A stretch of DNA of 64,000 nt from Longimicrobiales bacterium. Lineage in GTDB: Bacteria; Gemmatimonadota; Gemmatimonadetes; Longimicrobiales; Gaopeijiaceae. The first letter of the stretch is position 1. Every line of letters begins with the position of its first letter. The notes beneath the pieces were generated by a model. That model saw only the letters and a list, made by a program, of their open reading frames with translations. It did no database searches and was not told where the DNA came from. A program made the translations under genes and the position numbers. This document shows, in pieces, positions 19,196 through 28,794 of the stretch. The stretch covers positions 1,792,001-1,856,000 of the forward strand of contig CBDDCX010000008.1 of assembly GCA_965226375.1 (NCBI GenBank), in the 5' to 3' direction.

Positions 19196-19567
19196 CTAGT
19201 CATCTTCGACGAGCTGAATCTCGTCCGGGCCGTTCGGCACCACACACAGGAACTCGAAGGCATCGGGCCCGAGCGACTCGTACCAGTGCGGAACGCCGGC
19301 CGGAATGAAGACTACATCGTCACGCTTCACCTCGATGACCTCGTTGCCGATGCCGACTCGAGCGTGCCCACGAAGCACGTATTGCTCGTGCTCGACCGTG
19401 TTCGTGTGCTTTGGCATGCCGCCCCCCGGCTCCATGATAAACCGGCGCATGGCAAAGTTGGGCCCCTCATCGGGACCGATGAGTACCTGGCGAACGGTCC
19501 CCGAACCAGCGCTCACGGGCTCGGTCGGGACATCATCTGCGTGCTTGTGTCGCATGGGGTACTCCAT
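19196..19567 (-). CDS. Cupin domain protein
   Basis: PKHTNTVEHEQYVLRG and VFIPAGVPHWY cupin motifs. Confidence 0.9.
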   Translation of the reverse strand: MEYPMRHKHADDVPTEPVSAGSGTVRQVLIGPDEGPNFAMRRFIMEPGGGMPKHTNTVEHEQYVLRGHARVGIGNEVIEVKRDDVVFIPAGVPHWYESLGPDAFEFLCVVPNGPDEIQLVEDD

Positions 19568-19591
19568 TGGGACCGGGTGGAGGGCGCAGGA

Positions 19592-20305
19592 TCAGGCCTG
19601 GGCGGATGCCGCCCGTCCATGCCAATCCTTTCGCCATTCGTATACCGCCGCCGATGCATTCAGCAGGAAAACAATGTACTGGGCACCGAACATATAAGCT
19701 CCAGTGAGCGAAAAGAGGACGATCGCAGAAGCATCCACCGGCCCGAACCAAAGGATCCAACTCTCGATCTTCTTGCGGCTCAGAAGCCACTGGGCGATGA
19801 CGCTCGCCGCCACGATTGACGCGTCCCAGTAGACGAAGACGGCACGGTCGTAGATGCGATCGAAGAAAGCGGCCATCAGGTAGGTAGCTACCAGGAAGAA
19901 GGGCACGTATACGAGCCACTCCTTCCGGCTCGTCCAGCTTACCTGGAGTTCAGTCTGCTCGTCCCCGCCTCGCACCCAGTGATACCAGGCCCACCAATTG
20001 ATGGGCAGGAAGTAGAAGAGATGGAGCCAAGCCTGACCCATGAGCCCGAGGCGATGAAACACCAGTCCCACAGCAGTCACACTTACGATCCCAAACACCC
20101 ATGCGACGACATTCTGCTTTCGGAGCAGCCAGACGTTGCAGAGTCCGGTGGAGGTTCCTATCAGTTCGAGCGGTGAAGGTCGTGTGGCAAAGTGTGTCGT
20201 CAGTACCGCAAACAGCGCGGTAATCACCAGTGCCGCCGCAAAGACCCGCGCCGCCTCCCTTCGGTGCTCACGTGTTCCCAGGAAGCCGACGGCGGATGAG
20301 GTCAT
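19592..20305 (-). CDS. pnuC: PnuC-family vitamin/nicotinamide riboside transporter
   Basis: LELIGTSTGLCNVWLL..WVFGI, YWDA..SVIAQWLLSRKKIESWILW. Confidence 0.88.
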   Translation of the reverse strand: MTSSAVGFLGTREHRREAARVFAAALVITALFAVLTTHFATRPSPLELIGTSTGLCNVWLLRKQNVVAWVFGIVSVTAVGLVFHRLGLMGQAWLHLFYFLPINWWAWYHWVRGGDEQTELQVSWTSRKEWLVYVPFFLVATYLMAAFFDRIYDRAVFVYWDASIVAASVIAQWLLSRKKIESWILWFGPVDASAIVLFSLTGAYMFGAQYIVFLLNASAAVYEWRKDWHGRAASAQA

Positions 20306-20321
20306 AGGCCCATATGGACGA

Positions 20322-20350
20322 GAGGCTGGCGGGGAAACCCCGCCAGCCTC
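20322..20350. terminator. Perfect 13-bp GC hairpin between the LVIVD gene and pnuC
   Basis: GAGGCTGGCGGGG-AAA-CCCCGCCAGCCTC; no U-tract, so terminator function is uncertain. Confidence 0.5.
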
Positions 20351-20407
20351 ATCACCAACCCCGGGAAAGCCGCAGTGCCCGAGAACTCTCTCATCGGTAC
20401 TACTACA

Positions 20408-21727
20408 CTAGTTGCGGCTCCGCGCCTGTACGGCAGGTCCGTTCTCCCAGTCCTGCACGCTGGAGATATTCGGCTGACCCCAGTCCAGGCCGTTCCAGCC
20501 GGAGAAGCCCTCCATCTTGAAGGCCCAGAAGCCGGTCTGGATGTCGGACATGACGATCAGACCGTCCGCGTTACGCACGTCCACACCCCAGGAGCCGTTC
20601 ATTACGCCCGCATCGTCCGGCTCGAGATAGGTGTCGTAGTGCGCGATCGTCTTCGGATTCGCGGGATCCGACAGTGTGAAGATCTGCAGTCCGTCCACAT
20701 ATCCGGACACGAACACGTAGGGCCAGCGCACCTCGTGGTTGTGCGATAGGTGCTCCCAGTTCGCCGTCCACGCCGAGATCGGTCGATTGATATTGGCGAC
20801 CTCACCATCCAGGGCGGGCTGGAGATCGAAGATTCGAAGCGGAGCGTATTGATACTCCGTCTCGGCGATGACGTAGCGGCCGTCAGCGGAAGGAGTGAAG
20901 GTATGGCCACGACGCACGCCGTTGATCCCGGTCAGGCTCACGATGAGCTCCGGGTTCTCCAGGTCGGTGATGTTGTAGACGTAGTAGCCACCCGTACCAC
21001 CACCGTAGAAGCGGTCCTGCTCGCTGTCGGCGTGATAGCCTGTGTAGAAGTCATGGTACCCGCTAGCGCCGACTCGGCCCGGGGTTTGCCCTTCGGGCAC
21101 GGGCACCTGAGCGACCAGAGCCTCGTCGATACGTCCGTCCACCACGTACCCCAAGTCGTAGACGTTGGCAAAGGGCCCGCCCACGGTGGAGAAGAGCAGC
21201 GGACGGCCGTTGCTGTGCCGGTAGACGAAAATGTTGTGGAAGCCACCGATCTCGTTAGGGCCCTGAATCCGCCCGACCTCCTTGAAAGTCGAGACGTCAG
21301 GCAGATCCGTCACGTCGAAGATGACGGCACCCAGATCGGCGTCGGGGCCACCCTGTCGGAATTGAACCGAGTGGACCAGGTAGTTTCGCCCTTCGTACGC
21401 GAAGATCTTGATGTCCTTTCCCGCAGACCCGACGTGCAGATCCATGTCCTCGAAGCTCCAGCGGAGAATCACCTTGGCGTCGTAGGGATCGGTCAGGTCG
21501 ATGATGTCCAACCCCCGTCCCTCACGAGCCACGTAGGCGAACGGGCGGTCCATGTCCTGCTCGATTTCGATGTCCGACACTCTTTCGCCCAACGGTAGGT
21601 GGGCCACCACCTCGATGTTGTCACTCCCTCGGGCCTCACTGTCCGTCTGAGCCATGGCGGGGCCCGCCAGAACCAGGGTCGAGCCTGCCAAGGTAGCGGC
21701 AAGCAGTCCAGCTGCATGGATACTCAT
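20408..21727 (-). CDS. Secreted LVIVD-repeat beta-propeller protein, paralog 1
   Basis: Signal peptide; GLDIIDLTDP, YYVYNITD, LRIFDL repeats. Confidence 0.85.
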   Translation of the reverse strand: MSIHAAGLLAATLAGSTLVLAGPAMAQTDSEARGSDNIEVVAHLPLGERVSDIEIEQDMDRPFAYVAREGRGLDIIDLTDPYDAKVILRWSFEDMDLHVGSAGKDIKIFAYEGRNYLVHSVQFRQGGPDADLGAVIFDVTDLPDVSTFKEVGRIQGPNEIGGFHNIFVYRHSNGRPLLFSTVGGPFANVYDLGYVVDGRIDEALVAQVPVPEGQTPGRVGASGYHDFYTGYHADSEQDRFYGGGTGGYYVYNITDLENPELIVSLTGINGVRRGHTFTPSADGRYVIAETEYQYAPLRIFDLQPALDGEVANINRPISAWTANWEHLSHNHEVRWPYVFVSGYVDGLQIFTLSDPANPKTIAHYDTYLEPDDAGVMNGSWGVDVRNADGLIVMSDIQTGFWAFKMEGFSGWNGLDWGQPNISSVQDWENGPAVQARSRN

Positions 21728-21852
21728 GGATTACCTCGTTGGATGCGGACGTGCGCGGGAGTAGTCCGGGCGTTGAACGTAGCGGCCGTTGCAACGGCCG
21801 CGGGGCATCTTAACATGCTGCCTCACGAAAGAGCAACGCCGTCGAAGAACCA

Positions 21853-23752
21853 ATCGGGATAGGGGAGGACCGGCGATCCCGGTCCTTCCCCTCCCACACC
21901 ACCAGGCATGCGGGTCCGCACCTGGCGGTTCGGTGAGTTGAGGTCAGTACGGCGTGAGCCGGGGCACACCCAGCTCGTCGAAGTACGCCCCTGGCAAGGC
22001 CGTGTGCAGGGCGTGGTGCGCGGCCACGTGCCACCAGCTTCGCGCGAACCGAGCAGCTCGCCAGGCGAGGTTCTCGCTCACACCGCGAGCCCTCAACTCC
22101 CGGTACGCTGTCCTTCCCCGTTTCCACTGGCGTAATTGCAACGTACGCAGCCGGCGGTGGATCCATTGGTCCAGGTCTCGGAAAACCCCCGGTGTATCCG
22201 CTAAGCCGAAGTATGCCTTCCACCCCAGCACGTAGCGCCGTAGCTCTTCCGCCACCTGTTGCAGGCTCCGCCCGCCACTCCGGCTTGTAATCTGCCGGAC
22301 TCGCTCCTTGAACTTCGTCAGGGCCTTCTTGCTGACCCGGCGCTTCACGACCTTCCCTGCCGCTACCCAGAAGCTGTAGCCCAGGAACTGTCGATCCCAC
22401 ACTCGCGCCACCGCGCTCTTTTCCTCGTTGACCTGAAGCCGAAGTTTCCCGTACAAGTGCCTCAGCGCCTGCATCACACGTTGTCCTGCCCGCCTCGACC
22501 GCACGTATACATTGCAGTCATCGGCGTACCGGACAAACGCGTGTCCGCGTAGCTCCAACTCCTTGTCCACTTCGTCCAGGAGCACGTTCGCCAGCAACGG
22601 CGACAACGGTCCGCCCTGAGGCGTCCCCATGTGCCGCTCCATCACCACCCCGTTCGCCATGACTCCGGCTTCCAGGTAGCGACGGAGGATCCGCAGCATC
22701 GCCTTATCCTCGATCCGCTTTGCCAGCCGCCCCATCAGCACGTCGTGGTTCACCCGGTCGAAAAACTTCTCCAGGTCCACATCCACCACCCATCGTCTCC
22801 CTTCCTGGATGTATTGCTGCGCTTCGCGCACCGCATCGTGTGCTCGGCGCCCAGGCCGGAAGCCGTGGCTGTGCCGACTGAACGTCGGGTCGAACCTCGG
22901 TTGCAGCACCTGCAGGATGGCTTGTTGGATGAACCGGTCCAGCACGGTCGGAATCCCCAACTCCCGGACCCCTCCCCCACTCTTCGGTATCTCCTGCCTT
23001 CGTACCGGCTTCGGTTGGTAGGTCCCCGCCAGCAACCGCTGTCGGATCTCCCCCCAGTGCCTGCGCAAGTACTCTGGCAGCTCCTCCACGCTCATCCCGT
23101 CGATGCCCGGACTGCCCTTATTCTGCCGCACGCGTTTCAACGCTCCTACGAGGTTGGCACGCCCGACCACCTCCTCCATCAGGAGATGCTCGCTTCCTGA
23201 GCGCTCGTCTCCATGGGCCACCGTTCCGGCTTCGCCACTCCCCTCTACCTTCGGGGCTTCACCCCTATCCTCCAGCGGGAGCTCCAGTTGCCTGGACTCC
23301 TGGCGCATGGCCTTCTCGAGATCCACGGTCGTCACACTCTCCTCTCCGTTCGGCCCTTCGTCCGACAAAGCTGGGTCCAAGCGCATCATGCACTTCGTCG
23401 GCCTACTATGGCCTCTGCTGACTTCTCGCTCCGCCGGCAGGCCCAACAGCGCAATGCCGGCGTCGCCCTTTCAGGCGTCAGGCGAGACCTCCCCGGGTAA
23501 GAACGATGACCTTCCCCGCACAATCGCCGGATCTACGCCGCTTCCCCTTGGTCGCAGGAGCTTCGCGGTCAGTGGTCCGCTCGCCCCGGTCCGCAGCACC
23601 TCGTATCCGGTTCCTGTTCGTCGACTCACGGGTTCGTTTCACGCTTCGTTCAGCGTACGCCTCACGACGAACGCCTTGCGCTTCCCTTCGGTCCCTGCGA
23701 CCAGGTTCCGGGAGGACTTTCACCTCCAAGTCATCGCCCATGCCGGGCCCAC
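21853..23752 (-). mobile_element. Group II intron, class IIC (1900 nt)
   Basis: 5' GTGGGCCCGGCATGGG directly after a terminator; domain V GAACCGCCAGGTGCGGACCCGCATGCCTGGTGGTGT with CGC triad; domain VI ending CTATCCCGAT; RT ORF inside. Confidence 0.92.
21944..23446 (-). CDS. ltrA: Group II intron reverse transcriptase/maturase
   Basis: RELGIPTVLDR, DLEKFFD, GTPQGGPLSP, RYADD; maturase domain, no HNH endonuclease; true start uncertain. Confidence 0.96.
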   Translation of the reverse strand: MGLPAEREVSRGHSRPTKCMMRLDPALSDEGPNGEESVTTVDLEKAMRQESRQLELPLEDRGEAPKVEGSGEAGTVAHGDERSGSEHLLMEEVVGRANLVGALKRVRQNKGSPGIDGMSVEELPEYLRRHWGEIRQRLLAGTYQPKPVRRQEIPKSGGGVRELGIPTVLDRFIQQAILQVLQPRFDPTFSRHSHGFRPGRRAHDAVREAQQYIQEGRRWVVDVDLEKFFDRVNHDVLMGRLAKRIEDKAMLRILRRYLEAGVMANGVVMERHMGTPQGGPLSPLLANVLLDEVDKELELRGHAFVRYADDCNVYVRSRRAGQRVMQALRHLYGKLRLQVNEEKSAVARVWDRQFLGYSFWVAAGKVVKRRVSKKALTKFKERVRQITSRSGGRSLQQVAEELRRYVLGWKAYFGLADTPGVFRDLDQWIHRRLRTLQLRQWKRGRTAYRELRARGVSENLAWRAARFARSWWHVAAHHALHTALPGAYFDELGVPRLTPY

Positions 23753-23757
23753 CACTT

Positions 23758-23797
23758 AAAAAACCCGCGCCCCCTGCCCGAAGGCAGGAGGCGCGGG
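23758..23797 (-). terminator. Rho-independent terminator of susD-like gene (intron target)
   Basis: CCCGCGCCTCCTGCC-TTCG-GGCAGGGGGCGCGGG-TTTTTT on the minus strand. Confidence 0.9.
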
Positions 23798-23818
23798 CTA
23801 AAGCGCTAGACTGAAAGC

Positions 23819-25396
23819 CTAGTTGGCCGGACCGGAGTTCTGGTCCGAAACGTCCCACCACACGCGACCATCCCAAGCATCGTCACCACCATTGGAGGAG
23901 ATCGCAGCTAGAACGTTGGTCTCGTTGAAGGTCTGCTCACTCCGCGGGTACGGCCAGCGTACCGGCACCAACGCGTTGAACGCGTCGATGCCCGGAATGA
24001 GATGCGGAACGTTGGTACGACGGTACTTGATGTTGGCCTCGAGGCCCTGATCCCAAAGCTGGAACCAGTAGGCCCGGTAGATCAGCGACCGGTTGGACTC
24101 GCCACCGATCCCGCCACCACCCCACGCCACCATCGGGTGGGCCAGGTAAGCGTCGATCTCAGCCTGGGAGATACCCGCCACAGGAGGCGTCACGAACGCA
24201 CCGGCGTCCGCCGGCAGATCCGCCGCATAGACCGCCATCGAGGCCGCGATACCTGCCTCGTAGAAGTCCTGTGCGCTTCCACTGATCCAACCGCGATCAG
24301 CCGCCTCGGCCTGCAGAAGCAAGGTCTCGGCGTACTCCATGAAGAACGCAGGAGCGTCGCGCCTCAGGTGCCAAGCTCCGACCACCGACACGAAGTCGAA
24401 GTCACGCTCTCCGTTGTCGTCGAAGCCGCGGTCGTCGCTAAAGCCGTTGGGCATGCCACGATGCACTCCGCCGTCGGCGGACAGGTCTGCGTGGAACCGT
24501 ACACGCGGATCTTGCCGGGCGAGCATCTCATCGATGAAGAACTTACCCGGGCGATAGTCACCCGGACGCTCGACGAACCCTTGCCACATGGGGTTGTGGT
24601 CCGGCTGCGCCGCTGAGTACCACAGCGCCGCCGTGTGCGAGGCGTTTTCCATGACCCCGCCCGCTACTGCCGCCGCTGCCTCTGTCGCCGCTTTACCCGG
24701 GTTCACGTCGGAAATTCGCATGGCCAACCGCAGCCGAAGCGAGTTGCCGAACCGACGCCACTTGTCCATGTCACCGGAGTAGATCTTATCGCCACCGCCG
24801 AAGCCACTCGCTCCGGTGTTGATCATAGCGACGGCCGCGGTGAGCTCCGCGTGCAGATCGTCATAAATGGCGCTCTGCGCATCGTACACCGGCCTGATGA
24901 CGGCCTCGTCCGTTCCACCTAGAACAGCCTGGAAGTAAGGCACGTCACCATACATGTCGGTCAGGTTGTGAGCGGTATAGGCCTTGAGGATCATGGCCAC
25001 CGCCGTCTGGTTGACATCGCCTATGGCTACGGCCCCATCCAACAAGTGCTGGGCCAAGACGAAGTTGCCGTTCGGCGGATCGCCGGTCAGGCTCCAGAAC
25101 TCACCCCAGGCGCTATTCCCGTAGTCCGTGCCCAGATCGTACCGATCCGTACCCGCGTACTGGATGCGGGCAAAGTGCTGCACGAACAGAGAGGCCGAAG
25201 GCAGGTCGATGTTGCTCTCACCTACCAGGCTGTTGGCCAGTCCCCGAATCAAGGACGGAATCAAAAACTCCGGCGCCAATGAAGTCGGGGCGTTAGGGTT
25301 TTCGTTGATGTCTGTAAGGTTGTCGAACTCGTCGCATCCCGCCGTGCCGATAGCAACGGCCAGGAGGACGGTAAGCGGCTTTATCAAGTTTCGCAT
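23819..25396 (-). CDS. SusD/RagB family nutrient-binding lipoprotein
   Basis: Lipobox TAGC, INENPNAP, LTDMYGDVPY, KWRRFGNSLRLR, RVWWD. Confidence 0.93.
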   Translation of the reverse strand: MRNLIKPLTVLLAVAIGTAGCDEFDNLTDINENPNAPTSLAPEFLIPSLIRGLANSLVGESNIDLPSASLFVQHFARIQYAGTDRYDLGTDYGNSAWGEFWSLTGDPPNGNFVLAQHLLDGAVAIGDVNQTAVAMILKAYTAHNLTDMYGDVPYFQAVLGGTDEAVIRPVYDAQSAIYDDLHAELTAAVAMINTGASGFGGGDKIYSGDMDKWRRFGNSLRLRLAMRISDVNPGKAATEAAAAVAGGVMENASHTAALWYSAAQPDHNPMWQGFVERPGDYRPGKFFIDEMLARQDPRVRFHADLSADGGVHRGMPNGFSDDRGFDDNGERDFDFVSVVGAWHLRRDAPAFFMEYAETLLLQAEAADRGWISGSAQDFYEAGIAASMAVYAADLPADAGAFVTPPVAGISQAEIDAYLAHPMVAWGGGGIGGESNRSLIYRAYWFQLWDQGLEANIKYRRTNVPHLIPGIDAFNALVPVRWPYPRSEQTFNETNVLAAISSNGGDDAWDGRVWWDVSDQNSGPAN

Positions 25397-25412
25397 TTTG
25401 TTCTCCTTTCCG

Positions 25413-28400
25413 TTATCTGGTCACGGTGAAGTTGATGCCGAACGTGCGATCCGACGGAGCCGACAGGTACTCGACGCCGCGTGCGTGGTTGTCGGCGAAC
25501 GCAACACCATCGGACTCGGGATCCACGTTCTGACATGCCCGCGAGCCACAGAAGATGGCCAGGTTGCGGCCCACCAACGTGATGCGGCCCGTGGAGAACG
25601 GCACCTTCTCAAGCACGTTCGGAGTGAGGTCGAAGCTCAGCTTCATCTCACGCAGCTTACCAAACGTCGCACGCTCTACCCAAGGCGTCTCCTGGTCGTC
25701 GTAGTGACCCCAGAAGTTCTTGGCGTCGGCGTAGATGGTGTTCGGTGCACCGGTTTCCGTCACACCAAGCATGTTCACACCAATCACGTCCGTGCGGCGG
25801 TTCGAGAAGTTGAGCTCATCGTCCACGCTCACGCCGTCGATCCGCCCACCGTAGTAGCCGGTCTCGTACAGCAGCCCGTCACGGACCGCCAAGCGGCAGG
25901 TGCCGCAGTACATTACGCCGCCCCAGCGAACGTCCACCAGGAAGCTGAACTGCATGAGCCCAAAGCGGAAATCGTTGCGGATTCCGCCGATCCAGTCCGG
26001 CTCACTCGTTGAACGCTCACCGTCCTTACATACGGACGTCTCACCACCCGGACACAGCGGCTGCTTTTTCGAAGACCGCTGCGGCCAACCATTGCTGTCC
26101 ATGATCACCGCGCCGCTCGCGTCCCGCTTGTAGTCGTCACCGTACGTGGAGCCGTAGGGCTCGCCGATACGGGCCTCATAAGTGACGCCGTAGCTACCGA
26201 GCACGATCCGGTCGAGAGACTCGTGAAGTGCGAGCACCTCACTGCGGTTCCTCGCCCAGTTGAGCGTCATGTCCCATTGCAGGCCCGAGCCTCTCAAGAT
26301 CTCGGTCGTGAGAAGCACTTCGACACCTGCGTTCTTCACCTCGCCAGCGTTGATGATCTGGTTCGCGAAGCCACTCGTGGTCGAGATCGGAACCGAGAGG
26401 ATCTGGTCCCGCGTCTTCGTGTTGTAGTACGTCAGGTCGAGCGTCGCACGGTTGTCGGCGAACCGAACGTCGGCGCCGATTTCCCAGGACGTCGTGATCT
26501 CAGGCCGTAGGTTCAAGGCCGGAAGATGGTTGCTCGGAATGAACCCAGGCGCGCCCTGGAAGGTCTGCAACTGGGTCATCACAGCGCTGGTCTGGTACGG
26601 GTCGGCGTCACTGCCAACCTCGGCCCAGCTAGCACGGATCTTCGCATAGTCGAAGATGCCGCCGTCCCACTCGAACGCGTCGGACAGAACCAGAGCGGCC
26701 GACACCGACGGGTAGAAGTACGAGTTGTTGCCCTCGGGAAGACTCGACGACCAGTCGTTGCGAGCCGTCACGTCGATGAAGGCGTAGTTACGGAACGAGA
26801 GCGAACCCAGGCCGTAGGCGCTGTATACGCGCTTCTCGGTGATCCAGTTGTCGACCGTCATCGGTACCGCGGAGTTCTGCGGTGTGTAGAGCCCGGGGAT
26901 GATCAGGTTCTCCGTCTCGACGGAGTGCCGGTTCGTGTCGTTCGCACGACGGTTGACACCGCCGCGTATCGCAAGGTTGAAGTCATCGTTGAGGTCGCCG
27001 GCGGCGGACAGCACGATGTCGACGTTCGTTTCCTGACGGAAGATCGTCTGGTCGATGAACGCGCCGAACTTGTAGTCGTGACTGAACTTCGGGAACACGT
27101 TCTTACGACGGTGCTCGTACCAGTCCGTACCGACGCGGGCGTTGAGCTTGACCACGTCGCTGAACGAATAGTCGAGATCCACGTTGCCGATGAAGCGGTC
27201 ACGCGTGTCCTTGTTCCCGGCTTCGGCCAGCACGAAGTAGATGTTGTCCCAATAGTTGTGGTTCCAGTTCCGGGGAAGCCCGTATCCGGGGTGATCCGAT
27301 CCGAACTCACTGCCCTTCTCTAGCCACAACTCATACGCCCGCTTCGCCATCTGCGTCTCGGTCGTACGCTGCCACCACAGGTACTGGTACGTTGCCGAGT
27401 TCAGCGAGCCACCATCGTTGAGCGGCCGGTTCTTTCCACCACTCTTCACGTAGCTGGCCGAACCCTGAACCGTTAGCGACGGGATCGGCGTTACACCTGC
27501 CGCGATCGACAGCTGCGTGCGATCGATCTCATGGTACGGAGACTGACCGTCTGCGCTGACCTGCGTCGCCGACAGACGTCCGTTCGCGTTGCCGGCGCTT
27601 CCCGCTACCGAGAAGTGTCCGGTCAGGTTGACCCCGGTCTCGAACAGGTCACGGGTCGAGTAGGCTACCGGCATCCACGGACGCAGCGCGATGCCGTCGG
27701 CATCACTCGGATCGTCCGTCCACTGGTTGTACAACTGCCCGTTCATCGGCGGGCCCCAGCTCTCGTCGATGTAGTCACCGACTCCACCACCGGCTCCGTC
27801 CGCGTACTCGAAGTTCGAGGTACGGTCGCCGCCGCCGAAGATGTTCTGCCAACGAGGCGATATCGCAGCCGTCGCGAACGTCGCTTCCATACTGGCTGAG
27901 ATCTCGAGACGGCCATCCGCTCCTGCACCCTTCTTCGTCGTGATCAAGATCACGCCGTTCGAGGCACGAGAACCGTACAGCGCCGCAGCGTTCGCACCCT
28001 TGAGCACCGAGATCGACTCGATGTCGTCCGGGTTCAGGTCCTGCGCTGCGTTGCCGTAGTCGACGCGCTGAATCGCGTTGGTGCCGCGGTTGAAGTCCGT
28101 CGTGTTGTCGATCGGCACGCCGTCCACTACGAACAGCGGCTGGTTGTTACCGGCGATCGACGCGAGCCCGCGGATCGTGATGTCAGAACGGCCGCCCATG
28201 GCGCCCTGGTTCTTGATCAACACGCCGGAAACCTTACCGGATAGTGCGGTCACCAGGTTCGTCGATACGCCGGAATCGGCAATATCGTCGCCCTGAATGT
28301 TCTGCACCGCGTAGCCCAACGCTCGCTCGTCACGGCTGATGCCGAGAGCCGTAACCACCAGGCCATCCAGCTCCACCGCTGTCTCGATGAGTGTGTAGTT

Positions 28401-28703
28401 TTCCGTGACCGTCGTGCCGCTAACGTCTATGCGACGCTGCTGGCTCCCGTACCCGATGAGCTCGGCTCGCATGATCTGCGCCCCGTTGGGTACGTTCTGA
28501 ATCACGAAACGCCCGTCGGTGTTCGTCAACGTTCCCATCTGTAGATTGGGAATCGAAACCTGAACGCCGGCAAGCGGCTCTCCCGTACCGGAGACAATTG
28601 TCCCCGCCACGTTGGTCTGTGCCGCCGCCGTGAAGCCCAAAGGCCCCAACAACAGTGCGACCAAGACCGCTCCAAACGTTTTCCGTAGCAATCGGTCCAT
28701 CAT
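25413..28703 (-). CDS. SusC/RagA family TonB-dependent receptor
   Basis: VVTALGI, NQPLFVVDGVPI, DIESISVLKGANAAALYGSRASNGVILITTK, ARNDWSSSL. Confidence 0.96.
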   Translation of the reverse strand: MMDRLLRKTFGAVLVALLLGPLGFTAAAQTNVAGTIVSGTGEPLAGVQVSIPNLQMGTLTNTDGRFVIQNVPNGAQIMRAELIGYGSQQRRIDVSGTTVTENYTLIETAVELDGLVVTALGISRDERALGYAVQNIQGDDIADSGVSTNLVTALSGKVSGVLIKNQGAMGGRSDITIRGLASIAGNNQPLFVVDGVPIDNTTDFNRGTNAIQRVDYGNAAQDLNPDDIESISVLKGANAAALYGSRASNGVILITTKKGAGADGRLEISASMEATFATAAISPRWQNIFGGGDRTSNFEYADGAGGGVGDYIDESWGPPMNGQLYNQWTDDPSDADGIALRPWMPVAYSTRDLFETGVNLTGHFSVAGSAGNANGRLSATQVSADGQSPYHEIDRTQLSIAAGVTPIPSLTVQGSASYVKSGGKNRPLNDGGSLNSATYQYLWWQRTTETQMAKRAYELWLEKGSEFGSDHPGYGLPRNWNHNYWDNIYFVLAEAGNKDTRDRFIGNVDLDYSFSDVVKLNARVGTDWYEHRRKNVFPKFSHDYKFGAFIDQTIFRQETNVDIVLSAAGDLNDDFNLAIRGGVNRRANDTNRHSVETENLIIPGLYTPQNSAVPMTVDNWITEKRVYSAYGLGSLSFRNYAFIDVTARNDWSSSLPEGNNSYFYPSVSAALVLSDAFEWDGGIFDYAKIRASWAEVGSDADPYQTSAVMTQLQTFQGAPGFIPSNHLPALNLRPEITTSWEIGADVRFADNRATLDLTYYNTKTRDQILSVPISTTSGFANQIINAGEVKNAGVEVLLTTEILRGSGLQWDMTLNWARNRSEVLALHESLDRIVLGSYGVTYEARIGEPYGSTYGDDYKRDASGAVIMDSNGWPQRSSKKQPLCPGGETSVCKDGERSTSEPDWIGGIRNDFRFGLMQFSFLVDVRWGGVMYCGTCRLAVRDGLLYETGYYGGRIDGVSVDDELNFSNRRTDVIGVNMLGVTETGAPNTIYADAKNFWGHYDDQETPWVERATFGKLREMKLSFDLTPNVLEKVPFSTGRITLVGRNLAIFCGSRACQNVDPESDGVAFADNHARGVEYLSAPSDRTFGINFTVTR

Positions 28704-28745
28704 CTTACCCCCCTAAAAGGTATCGGCGAGAAGCCTGGGGAACTG

Positions 28746-28777
28746 CTTGGGCCCGGACGCGCACGTCCGGGCCCAAG
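28746..28777. other. Perfect 14-bp intergenic hairpin
   Basis: CTTGGGCCCGGACG-CGCA-CGTCCGGGCCCAAG between the OMP and susC genes. Confidence 0.6.
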
Positions 28778-28794
28778 TTCTTGGTGCTCATTCC

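Noticed and set aside
20306..20407. Riboswitch upstream of pnuC
   Set aside because: Only 100 bp with one simple hairpin and no aptamer motif I can recognise; an Rfam/Infernal search would be decisive.
21944..23446. Retron, DGR or defence-type RT
   Set aside because: Domains V/VI, a maturase region and terminator-adjacent insertion identify a class IIC intron.
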